Origin: a candidate division WOR-3 bacterium
GTDB lineage: Bacteria; Hydrothermota; Tepidihabitantia; Tepidihabitantales; Tepidihabitantaceae
Direction: 5' to 3'
Length of the DNA stretch: 64,000 bases
NCBI GenBank assembly: GCA_039801225.1
Contig: JBDRUH010000001.1
Span: forward strand, 18,989-82,988
Shown: one piece after another, positions 1 to 7,965 of the stretch
How positions within the stretch are numbered: position 1 is the stretch's first letter
How the letters are laid out: each line of letters begins with the position of its first letter
The notes under the pieces: model-generated
What the model was told of the DNA's origin: nothing
Database searches by the model: none
What the model saw: only the letters and a program-made list of their open reading frames with translations
Translations under genes and position numbers: made by a program

Positions 1-1222
1 CACAGACTACCGGTTCAAACCTCTCTACTAAACGGGGATTATCCCGATGGGACTTGGCTAATGGCGTCGTCTCCTTGGGATGGTCAATAACAAATGTTGG
101 CTGGACAATTTTATCCTGGACCAACTCACTAAACAACTTGTCCAAAACCTTTGCCCTTGATGTTTTAGGGTTTATCTCAATGCCTGAGCGGGTAGCAATT
201 TTATAAAGTTCCTCGTCCTGTAATTCCAATGGATTGACACCCAGTTTTTCCTCCAGCGCCTCAACAAACCTTAACCGTTGCCAGGGTTTACCAAAATCAA
301 TCTTCTGACCGGCAAAATCAATCTCTGTTCTCTGATACAACCCCAACGCCAGAAACTTAAACATCTCCTCAACCAGCCCCATCATATCCTGATAATCGGC
401 ATAAGCCTGGTAAAGTTCCAGTTGGGTAAACTCCGGGTTGTGAAACCGGTCCAGCCCCTCGTTGCGGAAATCCTTTCCTATCTCATAGACCTTTTCCAAT
501 CCCCCGACAATCAACCGCTTCAGATACAACTCGTCCGAAATGCGCAAAAAGAACTCCTTTTCCAAAACATTGTAATAAGTTTGAAAAGGTCTTGCCGCCG
601 CCCCACCGTAAATTGGCTGGAGAATTGGTGTTTCCACCTCAATAAACCCCCGGCTATCTAAAAAATTCTGGAGCAGTCGGACAATTTTAAAACGGAGCAA
701 AAAAACTTGCTTTGACTCCTGATTTACCAATAGGTCAAGATACCTTTGCCGATACCGTGTCTCAATGTCTCTCAAACCATGGAACTTCTCCGGCAACGGC
801 CGCAATGACTTCGCCAATAACCTCCACTCCCGGATGTGAATGGTAATCTCCCCGGTTTTAGTTTTAAACACCTCACCTCTTAACCCTAAAATATCACCGA
901 TATCTAACAGTTCCAACATTTTAAAAACCTCTGTCCCCAGGGTGTCCTGCCGGAAATAAACCTGCACCTTTCCCTTTTCGTCCTGGATGTGACCAAACTG
1001 GGTTTTACCGTGAATCCGCCGTGATATGAGCCTTCCCGCAACACTCACCTGAGTCTGGGATTGACTCAACTCTTCAAAACCCTCAATCACCTCTTGGGTG
1101 GTGTGCGTCCGCTTGTAATGATAGGCATAAGGCAAAACACCCATTTTGCGCAACTGGCTCAACTTCTCCAGTCGCACCTCATAGCCACTCTCGCAGGGTT
1201 GATGTTTTTCCACTTCACTCAT
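1..1222 (-). CDS. lysS: Lysine--tRNA ligase (class II), 3' end runs off window
   Basis: Manual translation from ATG at 1222: MSEVEKHQPCESGYEVRLEKLSQLRKMGVLPYAYHYKRTH, then HGKTQFGHIQDEKGKVQVY, RYRQRYLDL, YGGAAARPF, YLRIAPELYLKRL, FRNEGMD..HNPEFTQLELYQAY, which are LysS motifs. Confidence 0.95.
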   Translation of the reverse strand, partial: MSEVEKHQPCESGYEVRLEKLSQLRKMGVLPYAYHYKRTHTTQEVIEGFEELSQSQTQVSVAGRLISRRIHGKTQFGHIQDEKGKVQVYFRQDTLGTEVFKMLELLDIGDILGLRGEVFKTKTGEITIHIREWRLLAKSLRPLPEKFHGLRDIETRYRQRYLDLLVNQESKQVFLLRFKIVRLLQNFLDSRGFIEVETPILQPIYGGAAARPFQTYYNVLEKEFFLRISDELYLKRLIVGGLEKVYEIGKDFRNEGLDRFHNPEFTQLELYQAYADYQDMMGLVEEMFKFLALGLYQRTEIDFAGQKIDFGKPWQRLRFVEALEEKLGVNPLELQDEELYKIATRSGIEINPKTSRAKVLDKLFSELVQDKIVQPTFVIDHPKETTPLAKSHRDNPRLVERFEPVVC

Positions 1223-1276
1223 CGGGGTTAACTATAACTTCCATTCCGCTTCAAGTCAAAAACCACAGAACAGATT

Positions 1277-1415
1277 ATGAGAAACCCTAAATCCGAAATC
1301 CTAAATTCTAAACAAGTTCAAAGCACAAATGTTCTAAATCCAAAATGTTTTGATAATTGGGATTTTGGTATTAGAAATTGTTTAGGATTTAGTGCTTTGA
1401 AATTAGGATTTATTA
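1277..1415. repeat. Degenerate 7-mer array forming a long imperfect inverted repeat
   Basis: AAATCCG AAATCCT AAATTCT AAACAA on the left mirrored by TTGTTTAGGATTT...TTAGGATTT on the right. Confidence 0.8.
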
Positions 1416-1532
1416 ATCTCCTTGCGGTAAAGGAAAAGGTTGTTAAAATATGTGTTGATGAGAGTGGCTTCCCAATTCAAAAAATACCGGGATTCCGAGG
1501 GTGGTTTGGCAAAAATTAGCCTTACTGAACGA

Positions 1533-2021
1533 ATGAAAATGTCCTGGCGACGCCAGAACTACTGGCTTACAGTGGTAATCCTGACAGTTATAGGTGGAAC
1601 TATGATGCTATTAGTACCCAACAGAAAAAGAGAATTTTCCACATTGCCCAGACCGGAAACTTCTCCCCCGGATTATAAGATTCTATGGGTGAAAGAGACG
1701 CCGATAGAAGGAAAGGAAGGGTTGACGGTTGGCGGGTTAATAAAACCCGGATTAAACTCCAATGACCTTCGCATAGTTCTGGACTGGGTTTTGTTCTCAG
1801 TTTTAGATGACTACAACCGAATAAAGCGTCGGAATATCAGAGTAATTTGGGCGTATCTTTATGAAGATGCCGGCGCCGGTTTGGCTAATTGGCGGGCGAT
1901 GGCGGTTTGGGTTGACCCAAAACTGCCGAAAAAACACCATCCTACCGCTGCCCGGATAGGTGGTGATGCAATAAAAAAAGGTCCGGTAGAATACGACTTT
2001 ACCAATCCAATTATAAAATAA
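1533..2021 (+). CDS. Hypothetical membrane-anchored protein
   Basis: ORF with N-terminal TM segment (WLTVVILTVIGGTMMLLV); start codon uncertain. Confidence 0.65.
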   Translation: MKMSWRRQNYWLTVVILTVIGGTMMLLVPNRKREFSTLPRPETSPPDYKILWVKETPIEGKEGLTVGGLIKPGLNSNDLRIVLDWVLFSVLDDYNRIKRRNIRVIWAYLYEDAGAGLANWRAMAVWVDPKLPKKHHPTAARIGGDAIKKGPVEYDFTNPIIK

Positions 2022-2034
2022 AAGGGGGTGAAAA

Positions 2035-2601
2035 ATGAAAAAGACTCTTTTAACCTGGCTGTTGGTTGTCTTCGCTACCCTTGCCTTAGGAGAAGAAGGA
2101 CTCACCGCTACCCAGAAAAGGGGCTGGTTAGGTGTTGTGACGGAAGGAATGAGCCCGGCAATGCTTGCGGCATTAGGAATAGATTACGGCGTTCTTATTG
2201 CCGAGGTCGTGAAAAATAGTCCGGCAGCAAAGGCAGGATTGAAAATGGGCGATGTAATAGTTTCTATTGATGGTGAGAAAATTACCAACCGGGGCGATTT
2301 GATTCAAGCGGTGCGGCTTCGTCCTCACAAAAAGGTTGAGATGATAATTTTGCGGCAGTTGAAGAGACAAAAAGTTATAGTAGAAATTGGCGAGGAGGAA
2401 GCATTAGAAGAACCGGAGTGGAAACAGAGACCGATGGAAGGGATAAGAAAATTGCGCCAGATGCTTAAGCAACTTAAGCCCTTATACCGCTTTGAGCGGG
2501 AGTTATATAAAGAGTATCTGGATTCGCTCCGCTGTCAGATTGAGGAACTGCAGCAAGAGTTAAGGGAACTGAAAAGGAAAATTGAGGAGGAAAGGAGATA
2601 A
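2035..2601 (+). CDS. PDZ domain-containing secreted protein
   Basis: Signal peptide, RGWLGV...GVLIAEVVKNSPAAKAGLKMGDVIVSIDG PDZ motif, C-terminal coiled coil. Confidence 0.85.
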   Translation: MKKTLLTWLLVVFATLALGEEGLTATQKRGWLGVVTEGMSPAMLAALGIDYGVLIAEVVKNSPAAKAGLKMGDVIVSIDGEKITNRGDLIQAVRLRPHKKVEMIILRQLKRQKVIVEIGEEEALEEPEWKQRPMEGIRKLRQMLKQLKPLYRFERELYKEYLDSLRCQIEELQQELRELKRKIEEERR

Positions 2602-2604
2602 ATT

Positions 2605-3060
2605 TTACGGTCTGGCGGTTCTTATCCTCTCGGCAATCGCATCCAGTTCCGATTCCGAAAACTGGGACTGAAGCCTGGTCTGGCAGAAATGGTGCAGATT
2701 CAGCGTTTTATCAAGAAGATTCTCCTCGCCCTTAATCGTGGGAATAATCAGCATATGGGTATGGGGAACCCGGGTGCCGCGCAAAAGTAGCGTAACATAT
2801 TCGCACTCAAAAGCATGTTTGACTTTCCGGGCAACGATATAACAGGCACGAAGAAATGGTCCGGCAAGGTTGTCCTGTGGTTCAATATCAGTAAACCACT
2901 GAATATGTTTCTTGGGAATTACTAAACAGTGCCCCCGGGAGATAGGGTAAAGGTCCAAGAAAGCCAAAGTAGACTCATCCTCATAAACCTTGCGACAGGG
3001 TGCTCTCCCCGCCACTATTTCACAAAACGGGCACTCATTAATTACATCAATCTCTTTCAT
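2605..3060 (-). CDS. HIT family hydrolase
   Basis: CPFCEIV, AFLDLYPISRGHCLVIPKKH, VPHTHM; start placed at ATG 3060, just downstream of a promoter. Confidence 0.9.
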   Translation of the reverse strand: MKEIDVINECPFCEIVAGRAPCRKVYEDESTLAFLDLYPISRGHCLVIPKKHIQWFTDIEPQDNLAGPFLRACYIVARKVKHAFECEYVTLLLRGTRVPHTHMLIIPTIKGEENLLDKTLNLHHFCQTRLQSQFSESELDAIAERIRTARP

Positions 3061-3171
3061 AAAAATATCATACACCAATCCAATCTCTGGTCAAGACAGG
3101 AGAAAAAGCCTTCCCTCTTCGTTTCCCTGTCTTATTTGACAGCCGAATTTAACTGGGCAAAATCTACCCTT

Positions 3172-4338
3172 ATGACTGCTCGCCAATCGGCTGCTGACCT
3201 TGAGCCAAAACTGGAAAAGGTGCGCCGGCTATTACCGGTCACAAAGGAGCGGGTGTATTTCAATCACGCCGCCACCGGTCCTTTACCTTTGTCGGCAGTA
3301 AAGGAGATGAATAAGTTCTGCCGAAGGGCGGCAAACGAAGGCGCTGTGCCTTATCTGGAGGCGGAAAAGGTGGTTGAAGAAACCAGAGGGCTGGTAGCGA
3401 AGTTGATGGGAGTAAAGCCCGAGGAAATAGCATTTGTAAAAAACACCTCCAGCGGAATTATTCTGGCGATTGGGTTAATCCCTTGGGAGAGGGATGATAA
3501 CTTAATTATGATGTCCGACGCCTTCCCAGCCAACTCCTATCCCTATCATCTCCTGCTCGCCGATGTGGAAAAGCGGTTTGTTACCAGTGTTGAACTTGCC
3601 TCAGGTCCGGAATGCATCTTTAGGTTGGTGGATAAAAACACCCGGGCGGTAGCGTTAGATTGGGTTCATTTCCTCTCCGGGGCAAAGTTTGACATTGCTA
3701 CCATAAGCGATTTCTGCCGGAAAAAAGGGATATATCTGATTGTGGATGCAATTCAAGGGCTGGGGGCGATAAGAGAAAATTTCGAAAAGATTGGCGCCGA
3801 TTTTGTTGCTGCTGGTGGTGGAAAGTGGCTTTTGGCACCTCAGGGAATAGGTGTGTTATATATAAAAAATAAAACTTTGCCCTCATTAAAGCCGTTTAAT
3901 TTGGGCTGGCTTTCCTGCCATTGGGAGGAGTTTAACAGCACCTTTACCCCGAAGCCGTTAAAGAGGTCGGCGAGTAAATTTGAAGAAGGCACAAAGAACT
4001 ACCTCGGTATCTATGGCTTGCGTGAAGCGCTGAAACTCATTCTGGAATTCGGGCTGGCAGAAATTACCGAGAGAGTCTATCACCTTACCGGACTCCTCCA
4101 GGATAAGTTGATGGAATTCGGCTTTGAACTTCTCACCCCAAAAGAAAGGCAACTTCGGGCGGGTATTGTTACCTGCCGGAAAAGTGGAATGGATATGGTA
4201 AAATTACAGGCTCAATTGGAGAAAGAAAAGTTCATCTGCTCGGTGCGAGAAAACTGGCTGAGAATCTCACCCCATTTTTATAATACCGAAGACGAGGTTG
4301 AACGATTTGTCCAGCAGATTAAGATATTCAGTGAGTAA
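3172..4338 (+). CDS. Class V PLP-dependent aminotransferase (cysteine desulfurase-like)
   Basis: YFNHAATGP, VDAIQGLG, GGKWLLAPQGIG, RISPHFYNT motifs. Confidence 0.9.
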   Translation: MTARQSAADLEPKLEKVRRLLPVTKERVYFNHAATGPLPLSAVKEMNKFCRRAANEGAVPYLEAEKVVEETRGLVAKLMGVKPEEIAFVKNTSSGIILAIGLIPWERDDNLIMMSDAFPANSYPYHLLLADVEKRFVTSVELASGPECIFRLVDKNTRAVALDWVHFLSGAKFDIATISDFCRKKGIYLIVDAIQGLGAIRENFEKIGADFVAAGGGKWLLAPQGIGVLYIKNKTLPSLKPFNLGWLSCHWEEFNSTFTPKPLKRSASKFEEGTKNYLGIYGLREALKLILEFGLAEITERVYHLTGLLQDKLMEFGFELLTPKERQLRAGIVTCRKSGMDMVKLQAQLEKEKFICSVRENWLRISPHFYNTEDEVERFVQQIKIFSE

Positions 4339-5002
4339 GTTATTATCCCTTCGCCCCCTTCTAACCGCCCTGTTGACTTTTGTCCTAATAACCCCACCGG
4401 TCTGGTCAGGACCATCTCAAGGAACTGATATAATTGAAACTGGCGGTGAGCGGTTTGAAATTGAAGCCTCGCCAACCATTCCTAGGGACACCACCCAAGC
4501 CAAAAAAGGCAGAACCGAACCAGAACCAATCCTCACACCATTTCTTGAGGAAAGTGGCGCCGGACAGGGCTGGGTGGCGATATCAATTGACACATTTCCA
4601 ACCGAACTATGTCTTGATGGTAACCCGGTAATCGTGAATACCCCTCGGCAGGTCCTTCCCCTTATTCAAGGCCGGCACTTTCTCAGCCTCTTTCCTCTTA
4701 AACAGGTCTATCTCACTTATCGGGATGAGACGCCAGAAGGATTCTGGCAGACGAGAATGTCTCAGGATATGCCTCTTGACCGATTTGGTCTAATCTCCAG
4801 TTATGAACGGGAGGCGGTTCGGACAGGGACTCAATGGGTCCAGGTTATTCCCGATGATACGATTGATGTCCTCCTTTCTCATAAAGTGGTCCATCAAACC
4901 TATCGCCGTCAGGCGATGCATACCGCGATTACCCTTTTTACTGTCGCCGCAGTTATTGCCAGCGCAATGCTTGGCAGTGTAGCCTTGATTAGCAAGGAAT
5001 AA
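4331..5002 (+). CDS. Hypothetical exported protein with C-terminal TM helix
   Basis: Signal-like N-terminus and C-terminal hydrophobic helix; GTG start overlaps the upstream gene end. Confidence 0.6.
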   Translation: MSKLLSLRPLLTALLTFVLITPPVWSGPSQGTDIIETGGERFEIEASPTIPRDTTQAKKGRTEPEPILTPFLEESGAGQGWVAISIDTFPTELCLDGNPVIVNTPRQVLPLIQGRHFLSLFPLKQVYLTYRDETPEGFWQTRMSQDMPLDRFGLISSYEREAVRTGTQWVQVIPDDTIDVLLSHKVVHQTYRRQAMHTAITLFTVAAVIASAMLGSVALISKE

Positions 5003-5018
5003 TTTCTCAGGAGGTAAA

Positions 5019-6686
5019 ATGCTTTCTGATATTGAGATTGCCCAAAAGATTAAACTTCTGCCAATATGGGAAATTGCCAAGGGTCTGGACATTACCGATA
5101 TGGACCTACTCCTCCCTAATGGCAACTACAAGGCAAAACTTTCGGTTCGGCTTATGGAACAAATTAAAGATAAACCTACCGGCGGGTTGATTTTGGTTAC
5201 CGCCATCACCCCGACCAAGTTTGGTGAGGGCAAGACCACTGTATCCATCGGTCTCTCAATGGCGCTCAATCGCCTCGGGAAAAAATCAATTGTCGTTCTG
5301 CGTCAGCCCTCACTGGGTCCGGTTTTCGGCATTAAAGGCGGGGCAGCCGGTGGTGGCTATGCTCAGGTTTTGCCAATGGAGGACATTAACCTCCACTTTA
5401 CCGGTGATATTCACGCGGTCGCCTCGGCTCATAACCTTCTTTCGGCGATGTTAGACAATTCCCTGCATTTTGGCAACCCGCTGGGAATTGATGAAAGAGA
5501 GATTTTCTTCCCAAGGACATTAGATATGAATGACCGGGTAATGCGTTCAATGGTGGTGGGTTTGGGAGGAAGGGCAAATGGTCCGGCACGGGAGGATAGT
5601 TGCGTGATTACCGCAGCATCAGAGGTTATGGCGATTTTAGCCCTGGCAAAAAATCGGGCAGACCTGAAAGAGCGACTAAGCAGGATTCTCGTCGCATTAA
5701 ATTTTGATGACAAACCGATAACCGCTCAAGACTTAGGTGCCACCGGTGCGATGGCGGCGCTCTTAAAGGATGCTATCAAACCAAATTTAGTTCAGACCAC
5801 GGAAAACACCCCGGCCCTGATTCATACCGGTCCATTTGCCAATATCGCCCATGGCACCGCCAGCATTATCGCTATCAATGCGGCATTAAGACTGAGTGAA
5901 TGGACCGTTGTGGAGGCGGGGTTTGGCTCAGACTTGGGTGCCGAGAAGTTTGTTGACCTGGTGGCACCTTTGGGGAAATTTAAGATTGACGGCTGTGTCC
6001 TGGTGGCGACGATTCGGGCATTGAAACATCAGGGTGGTGCACCGGACGCCCGCAGAGGGATGTTGCGCCACCTCTGGCAGGGAGTGGAAAACCTGCGCCG
6101 GCATATTGAGAACTGCCGGCTGTTCGGGCTGGAACCGGTGGTGGCGTTGAACCGCTTTACCGGAGACTCACCAGATGAGTTAAAACTGGTGGTGAAGTCC
6201 TGTGAAGAGTTGGGCGTGCGGGCGGTGGTCTGTTCACCTCATACCGATGGCGGAAAAGGGTGTGAGGACCTGGCACAGGGGCTCTTAGCCCAGATTGCAG
6301 AAAAACCCGGTAAAAATCAACCAGTTTATGACTACTCCTGGAGTGTTGAGGAAAAAATTGAAGCGGTGGCAAAAAAGGTCTATGGTGCCGATCGAGTAGT
6401 TTATACCCCCCGAGCAGAAAGGGAAATTAAACGTATCTATGCTTTGGGCTATGACAAACTGCCGGTCTGTATCGCCAAAACACCACTATCCTTGAGCGAC
6501 GACCCGGAGTGCTTAGGTGCCTGCTCTGGTTTTAAAATTAGTATTTCTGCGGTCCACATCCGGTCAGGCGCCGGCTATCTGGTGCCGGTAGCGGGTGAGA
6601 TAGAACTCCTGCCGGGTTTAGGTAAGAAGCCCAATGCGTTAAAAATTGACATCGCCGACGACGGCAGAATCTTTGGACTTTCGTAA
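5019..6686 (+). CDS. fhs: Formate--tetrahydrofolate ligase
   Basis: LVTAITPTKFGEGKTT, GIKGGAAGGGYAQVLPMEDINLHFTGD, GPFANIAHG, EAGFGSDLGAEKF. Confidence 0.97.
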   Translation: MLSDIEIAQKIKLLPIWEIAKGLDITDMDLLLPNGNYKAKLSVRLMEQIKDKPTGGLILVTAITPTKFGEGKTTVSIGLSMALNRLGKKSIVVLRQPSLGPVFGIKGGAAGGGYAQVLPMEDINLHFTGDIHAVASAHNLLSAMLDNSLHFGNPLGIDEREIFFPRTLDMNDRVMRSMVVGLGGRANGPAREDSCVITAASEVMAILALAKNRADLKERLSRILVALNFDDKPITAQDLGATGAMAALLKDAIKPNLVQTTENTPALIHTGPFANIAHGTASIIAINAALRLSEWTVVEAGFGSDLGAEKFVDLVAPLGKFKIDGCVLVATIRALKHQGGAPDARRGMLRHLWQGVENLRRHIENCRLFGLEPVVALNRFTGDSPDELKLVVKSCEELGVRAVVCSPHTDGGKGCEDLAQGLLAQIAEKPGKNQPVYDYSWSVEEKIEAVAKKVYGADRVVYTPRAEREIKRIYALGYDKLPVCIAKTPLSLSDDPECLGACSGFKISISAVHIRSGAGYLVPVAGEIELLPGLGKKPNALKIDIADDGRIFGLS

Positions 6687-6737
6687 TAGGACCGATGACC
6701 GAAGACCGTCTTCCCTCCCCCGTCTTCAGTCTCACAA

Positions 6738-6878
6738 TTAATGAACTTTGACTATTGACTGGATGCGGTTAGGGAAGGGAATTTGCAAAAAATAGACACC
6801 GGCAGGAGGGCGGTTGAATGTTTTAATGTCTATTCTTCTACCCGAGTTATCATAAATCTTGAAATCGCCTAAGGAAAC
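6738..6878 (-). pseudogene. Orphan T9SS-type C-terminal sorting domain remnant
   Basis: Translates VSLGDFKIYDNSGRRIDIKTFNRPPAGVYFLQIPFPNRIQSIVKVH*, similar to the C-terminus of 7966..9411; upstream frame runs into repeat DNA. Confidence 0.7.
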
Positions 6879-6925
6879 AAACCCCTGCCCCGAGCCCGAC
6901 TTTAGGAAAAGTCAAAAGGCAAATC

Positions 6926-7022
6926 TCAAAAGCCAAATCTCAAATCATTTTGACCCCTCGGCTCCGTCATTCCGACCGAACCAATGGCGAGTGGAGGAAT
7001 CCCTTCGCTCGGGGCAGGCTTT
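6926..7022 (+). repeat. Composite palindromic repeat, copy 1 (copy 2 at 61219..61314)
   Basis: TCAAAAGCCAAATCTCAAATC..TTTGACCCCTCGGCTC.GTCATTCCGACCGA....GAGTGGAGGAATCCCTTCGCTCGGGGCAGGCTTT present twice. Confidence 0.9.
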
Positions 7023-7098
7023 GGCAATTTGCATTTTGCCTTTTGAATTGATTATAAGGAATTCCTCCACTCGCGGAGCCTGCCCGAACCGAAGGAAG

Positions 7099-7130
7099 GA
7101 GATTGCTTCCCCGATTCGGGTCGCAATGAC
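7099..7130 (+). repeat. REP-like palindrome GAGATTGCTTC...TCGCAATGAC
   Basis: Related inverted copy at 53265..53298. Confidence 0.75.
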
Positions 7131-7163
7131 GGGGGTGAAAGGCGCGCAAGGGGGAGGAAGGTA

Positions 7164-7503
7164 AAGGCTAAGTGTATTTATATATACACAAAATTCTGAT
7201 GGTCAAAATTTAGTTAAGTATCGTAATTAAATAACTTAACTTGAAGACCGGTTTATATAGGGGGCTGTCCACTCCAGCACTAGGGTGGTAAAACCCTTTG
7301 TTGAAAAGGTTTTAGGCTTGTTGCTAAGTTTGATGTTAAAATCTTGTTTAAGTTCAAAGGGAAAATCAAATGGCGAGATGCTCGGAAGAAGGAGTCTAAA
7401 TAGGTTTTCAGGAATGCCTTTTGATTTGGTGCTAAGTTCAAGACCAAAAAGAAGGCTAAAAAACGCCTTGAAATCCTATTTAACAAGAAAAGGGAAAAGA
7501 TAA
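7164..7503 (+). repeat. Conserved non-coding element A (palindrome, 28-bp inverted repeat, G/C block, 12-bp phased array)
   Basis: Homologous inverted copy at 50205..50549, with identical blocks of 39, 29 and 37 bp. Confidence 0.9.
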
Positions 7504-7605
7504 GTCCTTGCCAATTTAAAAACCCTATGGAGTTTTAATGTTGGTAAATGATGCCTTAGTTAAAAATGCTTTCCAGACTTTTACCATATCTTGTGAGGGA
7601 CCAGG

Positions 7606-7641
7606 TGTCACATTCCAGAAAGTGTCAATATGACATTTTCC
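7606..7641. mobile_element. Short remnant of IS1202-type end sequences
   Basis: 7623..7641 TGTCAATATGACATTTTCC is the exact reverse complement of 43558..43576 in the IS left end. Confidence 0.6.
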
Positions 7642-7704
7642 TTGGGGAACCACCCCGCCCATTTTAACAGTTGACCGAACCTTTTTTTGGAGTATCATTA
7701 ATTG

Positions 7705-7947
7705 ATGAAGCAGAAACTATCCCCTTATCGTAATATCAATGCATTTATCCGCAAAGGGGAGAAGTATTATGTGGCAGAATGTGTTGAAATTGGTGTAGTT
7801 ACTCAGGGGAAAACGGTTGACGAGACCATCGCCAATCTCAGAGAGGCGGTGGCACTACACTTAGAAAACTTTGACTTTTGCAATTTGCATTTTGACTTCT
7901 CTGTGCGATCGCTTGGTCGCCAATCAAAATGGTGTAACCTGCTTTAA
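7705..7947 (+). CDS. HicB-family antitoxin, C-terminus replaced by repeat-derived sequence
   Basis: YYVAECVEIGVVTQGKTVDETIANLREAVALHLE HicB-like motif, followed by 7-mer DNA repeats; no hicA seen. Confidence 0.75.
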   Translation: MKQKLSPYRNINAFIRKGEKYYVAECVEIGVVTQGKTVDETIANLREAVALHLENFDFCNLHFDFSVRSLGRQSKWCNLL

Positions 7948-7965
7948 CTGTCTTTTCATCTATTT

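Noticed and set aside
278..661. This and many other antisense or alternate-frame ORFs in the track
   Set aside because: They overlap well-supported genes (lysS, dnaK, fusA, rho, alaS and others) and have no recognisable motifs
1277..1519. 80-aa ORF
   Set aside because: Largely a translation of the 7-mer inverted array
6859..7164. 101-aa and 60-aa ORFs
   Set aside because: Composed of REP-like and 7-mer repeat DNA
7280..7503. ORFs 7285..7503 (+) and 7280..7486 (-) as small proteins
   Set aside because: The homologous copy at 50.2-50.4 kb has in-frame stops in both corresponding frames
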